Of a stretch of DNA of 64,000 nucleotides, positions 18,990-29,447 are shown one piece after another (the first letter of the stretch is position 1; the number at the start of each line of letters is the position of its first letter). Both the position numbers and the translations under genes were made by a program. Source of the DNA: Thermodesulfobacteriota bacterium (GTDB taxonomy: Bacteria; Desulfobacterota_D; UBA1144); assembly GCA_036337225.1 (NCBI GenBank), contig JAYZEP010000001.1, positions 7,725-71,724 on the forward strand, written 5' to 3'. The notes below the pieces were generated by a model, which was given only the letters and a program-made list of their open reading frames with translations, was not told where the DNA came from and searched no databases.

Positions 18990-20102
18990 ATGCTATATTA
19001 TTTGTTTCAAAATTTTTTAGATTCATATTCTTTTCTTAATATTTTCCAATACATAACCGTCAGATCTTTTCTAGCAGCTACCATTTCGTTTCTTATGGTT
19101 ATATGCTTAACTCCCAAGTTTATAGGAGTCTTTAGTAGGAAAGATATCACAGAGAATATAAGTACCTATCTTGAATCATCTCATAAAAATAAGAGGGGGA
19201 CTCCTAACATGGGTGGTATCTTAATAGGAGTAAGCGTAATTATTTCATGTCTTATTTGCGGCAATTTCTATTTACCTGGAACGGTCGTGAGTGTCTTCAC
19301 GTTATGCTTAATTTGTTACGTAATATTTGCTTGTTCTGGATTTTTTGACGATTTTGCCAAGTTGAGAGAAGGAAAAGGAATATCGTTAGGTACGAAATTG
19401 TCAATTCAAGTTGTCACAACTTTAATATTAATAGCCCTTTTATATAAACTAAACCCTTCTTCGTCCATGAATAGGGAATTTTTTTTGGAAATAACGGATA
19501 TTAGCTTTCCATTTATAAAGGGCATTATTGATTTAGGTCCTTTGTATTTTCTTTTATGCCTTCTTGTTATTGTAGGCTCAGCAAATGCCGTTAATATGAC
19601 GGATGGTCTTGATGGTTTAGCGATAGGTTCCATCCTACCGGTATTGGCAGGACTCATTATTCTTACGTACGTTGCAGGACATTCGAATTACTCTTACTAT
19701 CTTTATGTACCTTATGTTCGTCATGTCGGCGAGATTGTAATTTTTCTTTCTGCTATTTTAGGTGGCACACTTGCATTCTTATGGTTTAATTCAAATCCAG
19801 CTCAGATATTTATGGGGGATGTGGGATCCATACCGTTAGGAGCTAGCATTGGTCTTGTATCAATTTTAATCAAGCAGGAGCTACTTTTATTAATATTAGG
19901 AGGAGTTTTTGTCATAGAAGCACTATCGGTAATTATTCAAATAATATCTTTCAGATTATTCGGAAAGAGAATTTTTCTTATCGCCCCTCTCCATCATCAT
20001 TTCGAGAAGCAAGGCGTTGTAGAATCAAAAATTGTAGTAAGGTTTTGGATTGTTTCAATTTTACTATCAGTATTCGCGATAATCACTTTAAAACTAAGAT
20101 GA
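18990..20102 (+). CDS. mraY: phospho-N-acetylmuramoyl-pentapeptide transferase
   Basis: NAVNMTDGLDGLA signature in a polytopic membrane protein. Confidence 0.95.
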   Translation: MLYYLFQNFLDSYSFLNIFQYITVRSFLAATISFLMVICLTPKFIGVFSRKDITENISTYLESSHKNKRGTPNMGGILIGVSVIISCLICGNFYLPGTVVSVFTLCLICYVIFACSGFFDDFAKLREGKGISLGTKLSIQVVTTLILIALLYKLNPSSSMNREFFLEITDISFPFIKGIIDLGPLYFLLCLLVIVGSANAVNMTDGLDGLAIGSILPVLAGLIILTYVAGHSNYSYYLYVPYVRHVGEIVIFLSAILGGTLAFLWFNSNPAQIFMGDVGSIPLGASIGLVSILIKQELLLLILGGVFVIEALSVIIQIISFRLFGKRIFLIAPLHHHFEKQGVVESKIVVRFWIVSILLSVFAIITLKLR

Positions 20103-20103
20103 G

Positions 20104-21390
20104 ATGAGAAAAAAAATCCTTATTTATGGAATGGGTGTAACGGGTATTGAGCTAGTAGAGTTTTGTAAAAAGAATAAAATTCCTTATATACCCTTTGACG
20201 ATACGAAAAAACTAATTAATAAGTCTGAAAAAGTGTTAGGGCCTAAAGATGATTTTAAAAATTTACTGAAATACTGTAATGAAATAGTGGTCAGCCCGGG
20301 TATCGGACTAAGAAACAAAAATATTCAACTAGCAATTAAACGCAGAAAAAAAATAGTAAGTGAAATAGAATTCGCATCCAGATATATAACAAAACCTATT
20401 GTCGCAATAACAGGCACAAATGGTAAAACAACAACGACTTTATTAACATTTCAGCTTCTTAAAAGTGGTGGATACAAAGTTTTTCTTGGTGGGAACATAG
20501 GTCGTCCATTAATCACCAGTGTAGCTTTGCAGGGTCAATACGATCTAATACTTGTAGAAGTAAGTAGTTTTCAACTGCAATTCATACAATCCTCATTTAA
20601 AGCTTTTGTTTCAGCTTTTCTGAATATATCTGAAAATCATCTAGATCACCATTGGAATATGGATGAATATAGGAAATCCAAAATGAATATATTTAAGAAT
20701 CAAGATGAAGATTGTTTTGCATTGTGTAGCAGAAATGTTTATAAGAAAATCTTAAATAGAAAAAAAGCGTCTTTCCTGGACCCCTTTGCCAACAGCAGCC
20801 TGCGTGTATCAAGAAACAAAATAAGAATTAAAAACAAAGACCATGTAGGCATTGATGACACAAAATTAATTGGCTCCCACAACTTAAGTAATATTGCATT
20901 TGGACTGAGTATTTTTTCAATATTCAAAAGCATCTCCTCGGACCAATTGAAAATTGTAAAAAATTTTTCTTCGCCAAGCCATAGACTGGAAATAATTAAA
21001 AAATACAGGGAAAGAATGGTTGTCAACGACTCTAAATCAACTTCTCCTCAAGCTACCGAAGCGGCGTTAAGAAGTCTTAAAAAAAATATTGTACTTATAA
21101 TGGGTGGGAAAAACAAAGGACTAGATTACAACCTTTTAAAAGAGCAAGTGGACAAAAAAGTTATCAAACTAATACTTTTTGGTGAGAACAAATTTGAACT
21201 TGCAAAGTTTTTTAATAAATCAAAAAAAATTATAGCAGTAGACTTAGAAGATGCCGTAGAAGAAGGTTTAAAAAAATTCTACAAAGGTCAAACCCTACTC
21301 TTTAGTCCTGGCACATCTAGTTTCGATCAGTTTAATTCGTATTCCGATAGAGGAGAGCAATTCAAAGAATATGTTAAAAAATTATCTTAA
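20104..21390 (+). CDS. murD: UDP-N-acetylmuramoylalanine--D-glutamate ligase
   Basis: AITGTNGKTTT P-loop, an N-terminal Rossmann-like GMGVTG, and position after mraY. Confidence 0.9.
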   Translation: MRKKILIYGMGVTGIELVEFCKKNKIPYIPFDDTKKLINKSEKVLGPKDDFKNLLKYCNEIVVSPGIGLRNKNIQLAIKRRKKIVSEIEFASRYITKPIVAITGTNGKTTTTLLTFQLLKSGGYKVFLGGNIGRPLITSVALQGQYDLILVEVSSFQLQFIQSSFKAFVSAFLNISENHLDHHWNMDEYRKSKMNIFKNQDEDCFALCSRNVYKKILNRKKASFLDPFANSSLRVSRNKIRIKNKDHVGIDDTKLIGSHNLSNIAFGLSIFSIFKSISSDQLKIVKNFSSPSHRLEIIKKYRERMVVNDSKSTSPQATEAALRSLKKNIVLIMGGKNKGLDYNLLKEQVDKKVIKLILFGENKFELAKFFNKSKKIIAVDLEDAVEEGLKKFYKGQTLLFSPGTSSFDQFNSYSDRGEQFKEYVKKLS

Positions 21391-22477
21391 CAATAGGGAT
21401 CCAAGAAAACTATTTACATTTTTAATCTTAGCCTTATCCATTTTTGGCATGATTATGGTTTTTAGCTCTAGCTCTGTCAGCTCTATGGAAATACATGCTG
21501 ATGAATTTTATTTTCTCAAAAGACACATCTTTTTTCTTTGTGTAGGGCTACTAATATTTACTTTCTTCACAAAAATTGACACGGGCATTCTGGAAAAAAG
21601 ATATAAAAATCTTTATATCATTGGAATTATTATGCTGGCCTTGGTTTTCGTCCCGGGACTAGGAAAGGAAGTTGGTGGTGGGACAAGATGGATCAACTTA
21701 GGGCCTTTATCTTTTCAGCCAATTGAGGTTTCAAAATATATGCTATTAATTTTTATTGCAAACCATCTGGCAAAAAAGAGTGAGAGAATTAAAGAATTCA
21801 AGATTGGTGTAGTCTCCGCAATTCTCCCATGCTTACCTTACGCTTTGCTTCTAATATTACAGCCTGATTTGGGCAATACGGTTCTTTTGCTCAGTACAAT
21901 TTTTGCCATGATAATAATATCCGGCGCCAAACTATCCCACATAGTTTCCATCTTTATATTTTTATCCTCATTGTTTGCAAGTTTGATCTGGATTGCACCC
22001 TACAGAATGCAAAGATTATTGTCCTTTATGGACCCATTTGCAGATCCCACAAATTCTGGGTATCAGGTAGTCCAATCTTATGTGGCATTTGCAAAAGGGA
22101 AATTTTTTGGAGTTGGATTAGGCAATAGCTCTCAAAAGTTATTCAGCTTGCCTCACCAACATAATGATTTCATATTCGCTATTATCGCTGAGGAACTAGG
22201 GATGGTGGGGAGCTCCGTTGTAATTTGTCTTTTCGGGCTTTTAATTTACAGTGCTTTTAGAATGCTAGAAAGAGCAAAAGATATCTTTTCGAGAAATCTA
22301 ATAGCGGGGATTATGATTATAACTTCTTTGCAAATCATAATAAATATTTCCGTTACCGTGGGGCTAATGCCACCAAAAGGGATCCCATTGCCATTTATAA
22401 GCTATGGTGGAAGTTCTCTGGTTTTTACATTACTTGCAATGGGATTAATTCTGGCTTTAGATAAGAAAAGAAAGTGA
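21371..22477 (+). CDS. ftsW: SEDS peptidoglycan glycosyltransferase FtsW
   Basis: SEDS motifs QPDLGN, HNDFIFAIIAEELG and PFISYGGSS. Confidence 0.9.
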   Translation: MLKNYLNNRDPRKLFTFLILALSIFGMIMVFSSSSVSSMEIHADEFYFLKRHIFFLCVGLLIFTFFTKIDTGILEKRYKNLYIIGIIMLALVFVPGLGKEVGGGTRWINLGPLSFQPIEVSKYMLLIFIANHLAKKSERIKEFKIGVVSAILPCLPYALLLILQPDLGNTVLLLSTIFAMIIISGAKLSHIVSIFIFLSSLFASLIWIAPYRMQRLLSFMDPFADPTNSGYQVVQSYVAFAKGKFFGVGLGNSSQKLFSLPHQHNDFIFAIIAEELGMVGSSVVICLFGLLIYSAFRMLERAKDIFSRNLIAGIMIITSLQIIINISVTVGLMPPKGIPLPFISYGGSSLVFTLLAMGLILALDKKRK

Positions 22478-23574
22478 AAAGGATAATAATAGTATTGGGG
22501 GCCACTGGTGGTCATATATTTCCTGGAATCTCAATTGCTGATGCTTTAAGGAAAATGAATAAGGAAGTTGATATATTATTTGTCAACACTAGCAACTTAA
22601 ATATTGGGCTCTCGGAACTAAAACTAAATCATAAATTGGTACAAATTGATTCTCTGGGTTTTAAGGGAAAATCAATTATGTTGAAAGCAAAATCGTTGTT
22701 CACATTGATTAAATCGATTATCCAATCAAATCAGCTCCTCAATGAGTTCAAAGCTGACGCAATAATTGGAACTGGTGGCTTTGTTTCGCTTCCCGTATGT
22801 TTAAGTGGATATTTGCGAGGCGTCAAAATATTTGCCATAGAAGGAAATTCAGTACCAGGGTTAGCCAATAGAGTAATTGCAAATTTCTGCAAAAATATTT
22901 TTATAAGTTTCGAGGAATCAATAAAATATTTTCCAAAGAAAAAATGTATAAAAACAGGGTACCCCACACGCGATTTTGGCATAACTACTTCTAAAAAGAA
23001 AACGTACGATTTATTAATTTTGGGTGGTAGCCAGGGGTCCAAAATTCTTAACTCTAAAATGTTATTTGCCGTTGAAAATATATTAGAAAAAGTCTCTGGA
23101 AATCTTACAAAAGGTAATGATACATTTTCTATCGTACATCAAACTGGCATTGAAGACCGAAAGAGTGTAGAAAATTCTTACGCAACCCTAAAAAAGAAAC
23201 ATCCCTTCCTAGAATTTGAAACATTTGAATTTATTACAAATCTCGAAGATTTTTATTCTAGCACTAGAGTTTTGGTATCTCGTGCTGGGGCAAGTACGAT
23301 AAGTGAAAGCCTTAGATTTCCATTTTTTTCAATTCTTATTCCTATTAAGGATTCAACAAATAATCATCAACATTTGAATGCAGTAGAGCTATCCAACAAA
23401 AATCTCGCAGAAATCCATTTGGAAAGCCAAGAGAATTCTGTTCTTTGTAATAAAATTATTAATTTTCTTTATAATGATGAAATAGGTTCCGTTTATCTAA
23501 AATCAAAAGAAAAAATACTTAAAGATAAAAATCCAGCAGAACAAATATGTGACAAAATCTTGGAGACACTTTGA
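22474..23574 (+). CDS. murG: undecaprenyldiphospho-muramoylpentapeptide beta-N-acetylglucosaminyltransferase
   Basis: GATGGHIFPG N-terminal motif. The GTG start overlaps the ftsW stop. Confidence 0.9.
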   Translation: MKRIIIVLGATGGHIFPGISIADALRKMNKEVDILFVNTSNLNIGLSELKLNHKLVQIDSLGFKGKSIMLKAKSLFTLIKSIIQSNQLLNEFKADAIIGTGGFVSLPVCLSGYLRGVKIFAIEGNSVPGLANRVIANFCKNIFISFEESIKYFPKKKCIKTGYPTRDFGITTSKKKTYDLLILGGSQGSKILNSKMLFAVENILEKVSGNLTKGNDTFSIVHQTGIEDRKSVENSYATLKKKHPFLEFETFEFITNLEDFYSSTRVLVSRAGASTISESLRFPFFSILIPIKDSTNNHQHLNAVELSNKNLAEIHLESQENSVLCNKIINFLYNDEIGSVYLKSKEKILKDKNPAEQICDKILETL

Positions 23575-24947
23575 AGAGTAAGATAAATGCAATTCACTTT
23601 GTAGGAATTGGAGGTATTGGAATGAGTTCTCTCGCTCAATTTCTGTTGAATAAGGATTATATAGTCAGTGGCTCAGATATCTCAAGAAGTTCCCTAACAA
23701 AAAAATTAGCAAGGGGGGGATGTACAATTTTTACAAAACATGATTCAAAAAATATTGATAATCAAGATTTAATAATTTGCTCATCAGCTATAGATCAAGC
23801 AAACCCTGAGATAATCGAGGGGAAAAAGAAGAAGATCAAGGTTATGAAAAGAGGAGAGGCTCTGGGGCTTTTCACAAAAGAGAATAAGAATATATCAATT
23901 TCTGGGTCTCACGGAAAGAGTACAACAACCTCCATGGTTCATTTCTTACTCAATGAAGCAGGGCTTGACCCTACATTGTTTCTTGGAGCAGTGGATCGCA
24001 AGTTAAAATCTAACTTTTATTACGGCAACTCTTCACTTTGTGTTATTGAGGCAGACGAAAGTGATAATAGTTTAAATTATCTTAATTCATTTATTTCGGC
24101 GATAACTAATATTGACAACGACCATCTAGATTTTTACAAAACTAAAAAGAATCTCAATAACGCGTTTAAAAAATTTGCAACTTCAGCAAAGTCAAAATGT
24201 GTGATCAATAATGATTGCAAAGTACTAAGAAATTTAATAAAAAATATCACTTCCAAAAAAATAATAAAATTTGGGCAGCTTGATGCTAAATCGAATGATT
24301 ATTCTTTTAAAATTTTAAAAGACGCAGAGAAATCAAGATTTGCAATATTTAAAAGAGGACATCTTGTTGGCTTCTTTGTGTCTGAATTGAGTGGTGAATA
24401 CAATATTTACAATTCTGTGTGCTCAATAATCATCGCCTTGGAAATGGGTGTCAGTGCCGAGCAAATAAAAAAATCTCTGAGATTGTATACACCTCCATCA
24501 AGAAGATTTGAAACTATATTGAACACCAAGTCGCTGACAATCATAGATGACTATGCCCATCATCCTAGTGCTATTAAAGCAATTAGAGAAAGCCTAGAAG
24601 GGTCTTTTCAAAATAAAAATGTTATTTTAGTTTTTCAACCCCATAGAGTTTCAAGAACAAAAATTTTGTTCAAAGATTTCATTGAGGAGCTCTCATTGTG
24701 GAAAAATGTATACTTAGTTGATATATATTCAGCATTTGAAAAGACCAATAGTATTTTGGATTCAGTCCAGCTTTACAAAGAAATAAAAAAATCAAATAAT
24801 AAAATTAAGTATTTTTCTAATAACGAGTTGTTGATAGATAGAATTCTTTCTGAATCAAGAAAAAAAGATAGTTTAATTATAACAATGGGGGCCGGAGATA
24901 TAAGAGATGTCGGATCGAGTATCAAAAAAAGAATTGCAAATTCTTGA
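23571..24947 (+). CDS. murC: UDP-N-acetylmuramate--L-alanine ligase
   Basis: IHFVGIGGIGMS and SGSHGKSTTTSM motifs. The TTG start overlaps the murG stop. Confidence 0.92.
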   Translation: MKSKINAIHFVGIGGIGMSSLAQFLLNKDYIVSGSDISRSSLTKKLARGGCTIFTKHDSKNIDNQDLIICSSAIDQANPEIIEGKKKKIKVMKRGEALGLFTKENKNISISGSHGKSTTTSMVHFLLNEAGLDPTLFLGAVDRKLKSNFYYGNSSLCVIEADESDNSLNYLNSFISAITNIDNDHLDFYKTKKNLNNAFKKFATSAKSKCVINNDCKVLRNLIKNITSKKIIKFGQLDAKSNDYSFKILKDAEKSRFAIFKRGHLVGFFVSELSGEYNIYNSVCSIIIALEMGVSAEQIKKSLRLYTPPSRRFETILNTKSLTIIDDYAHHPSAIKAIRESLEGSFQNKNVILVFQPHRVSRTKILFKDFIEELSLWKNVYLVDIYSAFEKTNSILDSVQLYKEIKKSNNKIKYFSNNELLIDRILSESRKKDSLIITMGAGDIRDVGSSIKKRIANS

Positions 24948-25824
24948 AGATTTTCTTAAGCAAAGAGAAATCTCATTCACTAAAGATTACAATATGGGAG
25001 ATTATTCTTCGTGGAAAGTTGGTGCAACAACAAAGATTATAATTTTCCCGGACGATATTGATACATTCAAAGAATGTATTTCCAAGCTTAACAGGATAAA
25101 TATTAATTTTTTTATTACTGGTAACGCAACCAATACCTTGTTTCTTAATTTATTGAGGACCGTCATAATTAGTACAAAAAAATTAAAGGCAATTGAATTC
25201 ATTGCAGAGGGTGAACTTGTAGCTGATTGTGGCTGCCCATTAAATCTAATATTAAATAGATCGCTAGGTAAAGGCCTGGTAGGATTTGAGTTTTCTACAG
25301 GAATACCAGGTACCGTTGGTGGGGCGCTGATAACCAATGCCGGGGCAAATGGAGGATCAATATCAGATTGCCTGAAGTCAGTTTTCTTTCTTAAAGACGG
25401 TAAAGAAGTCGAAGTTCTAAAAGATCAAATTCAATTTGGCTACCGATGGAGCTCTATTAAGAAAAGTGACGTCATAACAAGGGCGAAGTTTAAATTACAT
25501 AAGGGCAATGTAGCTTCAACTAAGGCAAGGATTGCTGCATATATTAAACACAGAAACGAAACACAGCCAGTCCAACATCCAAGCGCCGGAAGTGTATTTA
25601 TGAATAACGAAGAAGTTGCGGCAGGAAAACTTATAGAAGATCTAGGCCTTAAAGGGCTAACCGTTGGCGGAGCACAAGTATCCAATCTACATGCTAATTA
25701 TATAATTAATACTGGAGGTGCTAGCGCCAATGATATTAGGGACTTGATTAACAAAATACAAAACGATTGTGAAATAAGGCGTGGTATCCATCTTAAGACC
25801 GAAGTAAGAATTATAGATGAATAG
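24907..25824 (+). CDS. murB: UDP-N-acetylenolpyruvoylglucosamine reductase
   Basis: FAD-binding GIPGTVGGALITNAGANGG and PSAGSVFMN motifs. The start is uncertain, because the track start overlaps murC by 41 nt. Confidence 0.88.
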   Translation: MSDRVSKKELQILEDFLKQREISFTKDYNMGDYSSWKVGATTKIIIFPDDIDTFKECISKLNRININFFITGNATNTLFLNLLRTVIISTKKLKAIEFIAEGELVADCGCPLNLILNRSLGKGLVGFEFSTGIPGTVGGALITNAGANGGSISDCLKSVFFLKDGKEVEVLKDQIQFGYRWSSIKKSDVITRAKFKLHKGNVASTKARIAAYIKHRNETQPVQHPSAGSVFMNNEEVAAGKLIEDLGLKGLTVGGAQVSNLHANYIINTGGASANDIRDLINKIQNDCEIRRGIHLKTEVRIIDE

Positions 25825-26497
25825 AATAAGAAGATTTTTTTTAGTCTTTATAGCTATAGCGGTAGGCCTTTATTTGTATTTTCCTGTTTTCTGCTTTGTG
25901 AAAGAAGTTGACGTAGAAGGGAATGTGCTTGTTAGCAAAGATGAGATTATTCAGACATCCGAACTACTAGGGAAGCTGTTTACTGTAATTAACAAGAAAG
26001 AAGTCGAAAAGAAATTATCATCAATTAAAATGCTCCAGAGTATAGAATTTAGACAAGAAGGTTTTGATAAGATCAAGATATATGTACAAGAAAAAAAGAT
26101 TATAATGCTCGGGCATATTAGAAACAAGATTGGTCATATCGATTCTGAGAACAACTTTATTTTCGACCTAAGGGATTACGTAGGAGTAAATTTTCCCATT
26201 TTTAATTCCGACTCTACACAGAATATAGAATTTGGGGTAGAAATTTTAAACTTGCTAGTTGATGAGGGCATCTTTACCATCAAAGAAATATCTGAGATTA
26301 CTTATAACGAGATAATAGGAGTTACTGTCTTTGTTACGGACAATTTAAAAATTTATTTTGGTAAAAATCAGCTCAAAATAAAAATAGAAAATCTCAAAAA
26401 AATTCTCGAGGATAGGGGGAGGAAAACAAAAAAACCCTGCTTCATCGATATAAGCAACATACGAAAGGGGATCGTGAATTACGAATGCAAACCATAA
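25817..26497 (+). CDS. ftsQ: cell division protein FtsQ
   Basis: N-terminal TM segment followed by a POTRA-like domain. Position between murB and ftsA. Confidence 0.75.
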   Translation: MNRIRRFFLVFIAIAVGLYLYFPVFCFVKEVDVEGNVLVSKDEIIQTSELLGKLFTVINKKEVEKKLSSIKMLQSIEFRQEGFDKIKIYVQEKKIIMLGHIRNKIGHIDSENNFIFDLRDYVGVNFPIFNSDSTQNIEFGVEILNLLVDEGIFTIKEISEITYNEIIGVTVFVTDNLKIYFGKNQLKIKIENLKKILEDRGRKTKKPCFIDISNIRKGIVNYECKP

Positions 26498-26540
26498 AAG
26501 GTGTTGTAAATTATAATCTTTAGGATTATAATGGCTAAAA

Positions 26541-27776
26541 ATGGCTGAAAATAATATCATAGTCGGGCTAGACGTTGGAACAACAAAAATTATGTGCTTG
26601 GTTGCAGAGGTTTCCAGTTCTGGTGACGTCGAAATAATTGGCGTAAACGAGCAACCCTCAAAAGGTCTTCAAAGAGGAATTGTATTAAACATCGAAAGCA
26701 CAGTTCAATCCATTAGACAAGCCATCGTAGACGCAGAGAAAATGGCAGGAACCGAAATAGCAAATGTCATTGTTGGAATTGCGGGAGGTCACATAAGAAG
26801 CATTAATGGACATGGAATGATTACGTTACGAAATCGTGAGGTTACCAAAAAAGATCTAGACAGGGTTATTGAGTCTGCCACTGCCGGAGCCCAACCCGCC
26901 GATAGAGAAGTAATACATGTAATGCCACAAGAGTTCATCGTTGATGGTGAAAGAAAAATAAAAGATCCGGTTGGGTTATATGGAGTTAAGTTGGAAGCAA
27001 AGATTCATATGGTAACCGCTCAAGTTACACAGGCGCAAAACCTTGTAAAATGTGTCCACCAAGCAGGTCTTGATGTCCAGTCCTTAGTATTAGAACAGGT
27101 AGCATCAAGTGAAGCCGTTCTAACTCCTGACGAAAGAGACGTAGGAGTCGTGCTCCTTGATTGCGGTGGAGGAACAACAGACATAGCGGTCTTTTGTGAC
27201 GGGTCGATCAAATATACAAGCAACATAACTATCGGTGGCGACTTTCTTGATAATGATATTTCTTTTGGTTTAGGATCATCCAAAAAAGATGCAAAAGAAA
27301 TAAAAGAAAGATATGGAATTGCTTCGGCTGATTTAGTAGATCAGGATGAAGATATTAGAATAGACAAAATCGCTGGTTCTGGAAGAAAGAAAGTCAGCAA
27401 GGTAGAGTTGGCCAATATAATAGAGCCACGGCTAGAAGAAATATTCACTATGGCCAGAAGAGAGATTATGAGATCAGGCTATTACGATATGCTTCCCGCA
27501 GGTTGTGTAATCACAGGGGGTTCGATGGCAATTGAAGGAGCTGACTATCTGGCTCAAAAAGTTCTCAATATGCCGGTCAGATTAGGAATTCCATCGCAAA
27601 TCTCTGGTCTTGAAGATCTTGTCTCTACACCTGCATGTGCAACAGGCGTAGGCTTGTTGATATGGGGATCAAAGAATCAAGTAGAAGGAAAAAGCCAAAA
27701 AATCAGAATTAGAGAGGCTCAGGTCTTCAAAAGAGTAATGGCAACCATGAAAACGTGGTTTTCAGATCTTTTTTGA
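26541..27776 (+). CDS. ftsA: cell division protein FtsA
   Basis: Actin-fold phosphate motifs GLDVGTTKI and LDCGGGTTDIAVF. Confidence 0.93.
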   Translation: MAENNIIVGLDVGTTKIMCLVAEVSSSGDVEIIGVNEQPSKGLQRGIVLNIESTVQSIRQAIVDAEKMAGTEIANVIVGIAGGHIRSINGHGMITLRNREVTKKDLDRVIESATAGAQPADREVIHVMPQEFIVDGERKIKDPVGLYGVKLEAKIHMVTAQVTQAQNLVKCVHQAGLDVQSLVLEQVASSEAVLTPDERDVGVVLLDCGGGTTDIAVFCDGSIKYTSNITIGGDFLDNDISFGLGSSKKDAKEIKERYGIASADLVDQDEDIRIDKIAGSGRKKVSKVELANIIEPRLEEIFTMARREIMRSGYYDMLPAGCVITGGSMAIEGADYLAQKVLNMPVRLGIPSQISGLEDLVSTPACATGVGLLIWGSKNQVEGKSQKIRIREAQVFKRVMATMKTWFSDLF

Positions 27777-27883
27777 TTAATCTTTTTTCTATCTTTTTTA
27801 CAATCTTGTTATATAATTATACTAAATATGGTATGCTGTCTTCAAAGTGCTACTATATATAGTTGTAGTTAGAGGTGTCAATT

Positions 27884-29101
27884 ATGCCAACTTTTGAGTT
27901 CTCGACCCCAGGTGGAGTTTCTAGTTCACAAAAAGATGATCTGTTTCAAAACTTAGGTGCAAAAATTAAAGTTGTTGGTATTGGTGGCGCTGGAGGAAAT
28001 GCTGTCAATAGCATGATTGATGAGAATATTGGCGGGGTTGAATTTATAGCCATAAATTCTGATTTCCAAGATTTACAGCAATCCAAAGCACAGCGCATAA
28101 TCCAAATAGGAAAAAATATTGCAAAAGGTCTTGGTGTTGGTGGAGACCCAGTTTTAGGTAGTGACTGCGCAAAAGCCGATCAGAATGATATTATGGAAGC
28201 GGTGCAAGGAGCCGACATGGTCTTTGTAACTGCGGGCATGGGTGGTGGTACCGGTACCGGCGCTTCGCCAGTGGTGGCAAAACTAGCAAGGGAATCCGGG
28301 GCACTTACAATAGCCATTGTTACCAAACCTTTTGAATTCGAAGCAGATAAGAGGTTGGTACAAGCTGACCAGGGGATTAAAGATTTAACTCAAGAGGTAG
28401 ACTCTATCATTGTAATTCCTAATGATAAATTAAATGAGGTGCAACAAATAACTGGCATACTAGAATCATTTAAAGCTGCCGACAATGTCCTTGCAAGGGC
28501 TGTTAGAGGAATAGCGGATATAATTGTCGGATCAGGTTTTATAAATGTCGACTTTGCTGATGTGAAAAAAATAATGCAGGAGAGTGGCGGCAAGGCTCTT
28601 ATGGGTACAGGTGATGGGGAAGGAACTTCAAGGGCAGTTGAAGCTGCTGAGAACGCAATTACTAGTCCGCTTCTCGAAGACATATCTATCGATGGAAGCA
28701 CCGGTATACTGATTAACGTTACCGCTTCGAGTAATTTCACAATAGATGAACTCAATGAAGCCTGCAACCATATAAAAGCTAAGGCAAGTTCAGATGTCGA
28801 ACTTATTTTTGGTCTAGTTATCGACGAGACCATGGGAGAAAAAGTAAGAATTACTGTAATTGCTACTGGTATCGATGGTAGTATGAAACGCCCAGTTCGA
28901 GAAGAAGTATCAGCCGAAGAAGTTGAGGAAGACAAACACCAGGTAAGTTTTAATCTGGAAAGTGCTATTGATAACGAAACTTTATCTGATGAGAATGCAT
29001 CGAATGGAAATGGTGACGGTAACGATCTCGATGATCTTCATCCTTTAGGGGACGACGAACATTTTGAAATCCCCGCTTTCATCAGAAAACCTAAAAAATA
29101 A
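27884..29101 (+). CDS. ftsZ: cell division GTPase FtsZ
   Basis: GIGGAGGNA and the tubulin signature [13 protein letters not shown], with a C-terminal peptide EIPAFIRK. I prefer the ATG at 27884, which has the SD AGAGGTG at 27871-27877, over the GTG at 27875. Confidence 0.95.
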   Translation: MPTFEFSTPGGVSSSQKDDLFQNLGAKIKVVGIGGAGGNAVNSMIDENIGGVEFIAINSDFQDLQQSKAQRIIQIGKNIAKGLGVGGDPVLGSDCAKADQNDIMEAVQGADMVFVTAGMGGGTGTGASPVVAKLARESGALTIAIVTKPFEFEADKRLVQADQGIKDLTQEVDSIIVIPNDKLNEVQQITGILESFKAADNVLARAVRGIADIIVGSGFINVDFADVKKIMQESGGKALMGTGDGEGTSRAVEAAENAITSPLLEDISIDGSTGILINVTASSNFTIDELNEACNHIKAKASSDVELIFGLVIDETMGEKVRITVIATGIDGSMKRPVREEVSAEEVEEDKHQVSFNLESAIDNETLSDENASNGNGDGNDLDDLHPLGDDEHFEIPAFIRKPKK

Positions 29102-29102
29102 A

Positions 29103-29447
29103 TCATTCTTCAATATAAATTACTGAGGCATCTTTCCAGAAGGATTCTAGTTGAAAATATGCTCTGGTTTCTCTGTGAAATATGTGAATCAAAATATTTC
29201 CTACATCAAGGACAACCCAGTCCCCGTCCCTTAAGCCTTCCACCTTGACTCGTATACCTAGCTCATCTTTTAATTTTTTTGATATAGAATCGGCCAAGGC
29301 TCTCACCCCCCTTTGAGAGTTCGTGTGGGCAAGAACAAAATATTCGGCAACAGAAGATACTCTTTGCATATCAAGAATAGTTATATCTTCTGCTTTTCTC
29401 TCAACTAATTCAAAGTAAATAGTCTCAACAATATTTAATGTATTCAT
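29103..29447 (-). CDS. rsfS: ribosome silencing factor RsfS (iojap family)
   Basis: DWVVLDVGNILIHIFHRETRAYFQLESFW matches the iojap/RsfS core. Downstream of nadD, as is usual. Confidence 0.88.
   Translation of the reverse strand: MNTLNIVETIYFELVERKAEDITILDMQRVSSVAEYFVLAHTNSQRGVRALADSISKKLKDELGIRVKVEGLRDGDWVVLDVGNILIHIFHRETRAYFQLESFWKDASVIYIEE

Noticed and set aside
27852-27863. Perfect 12-bp palindrome ACTATATATAGT in the ftsA-ftsZ spacer
   Set aside because: It is a short, almost pure AT palindrome in AT-rich spacer, which is expected by chance. There is no second copy or flanking symmetry.
28390-28935. 181-aa ORF antisense to ftsZ
   Set aside because: It lies entirely opposite the most conserved part of ftsZ. 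Its Ser/Thr/Ile/Pro-rich low-complexity sequence is what the antisense frame of a Gly/Ala/Val-rich gene yields. There is no SD and no independent support.
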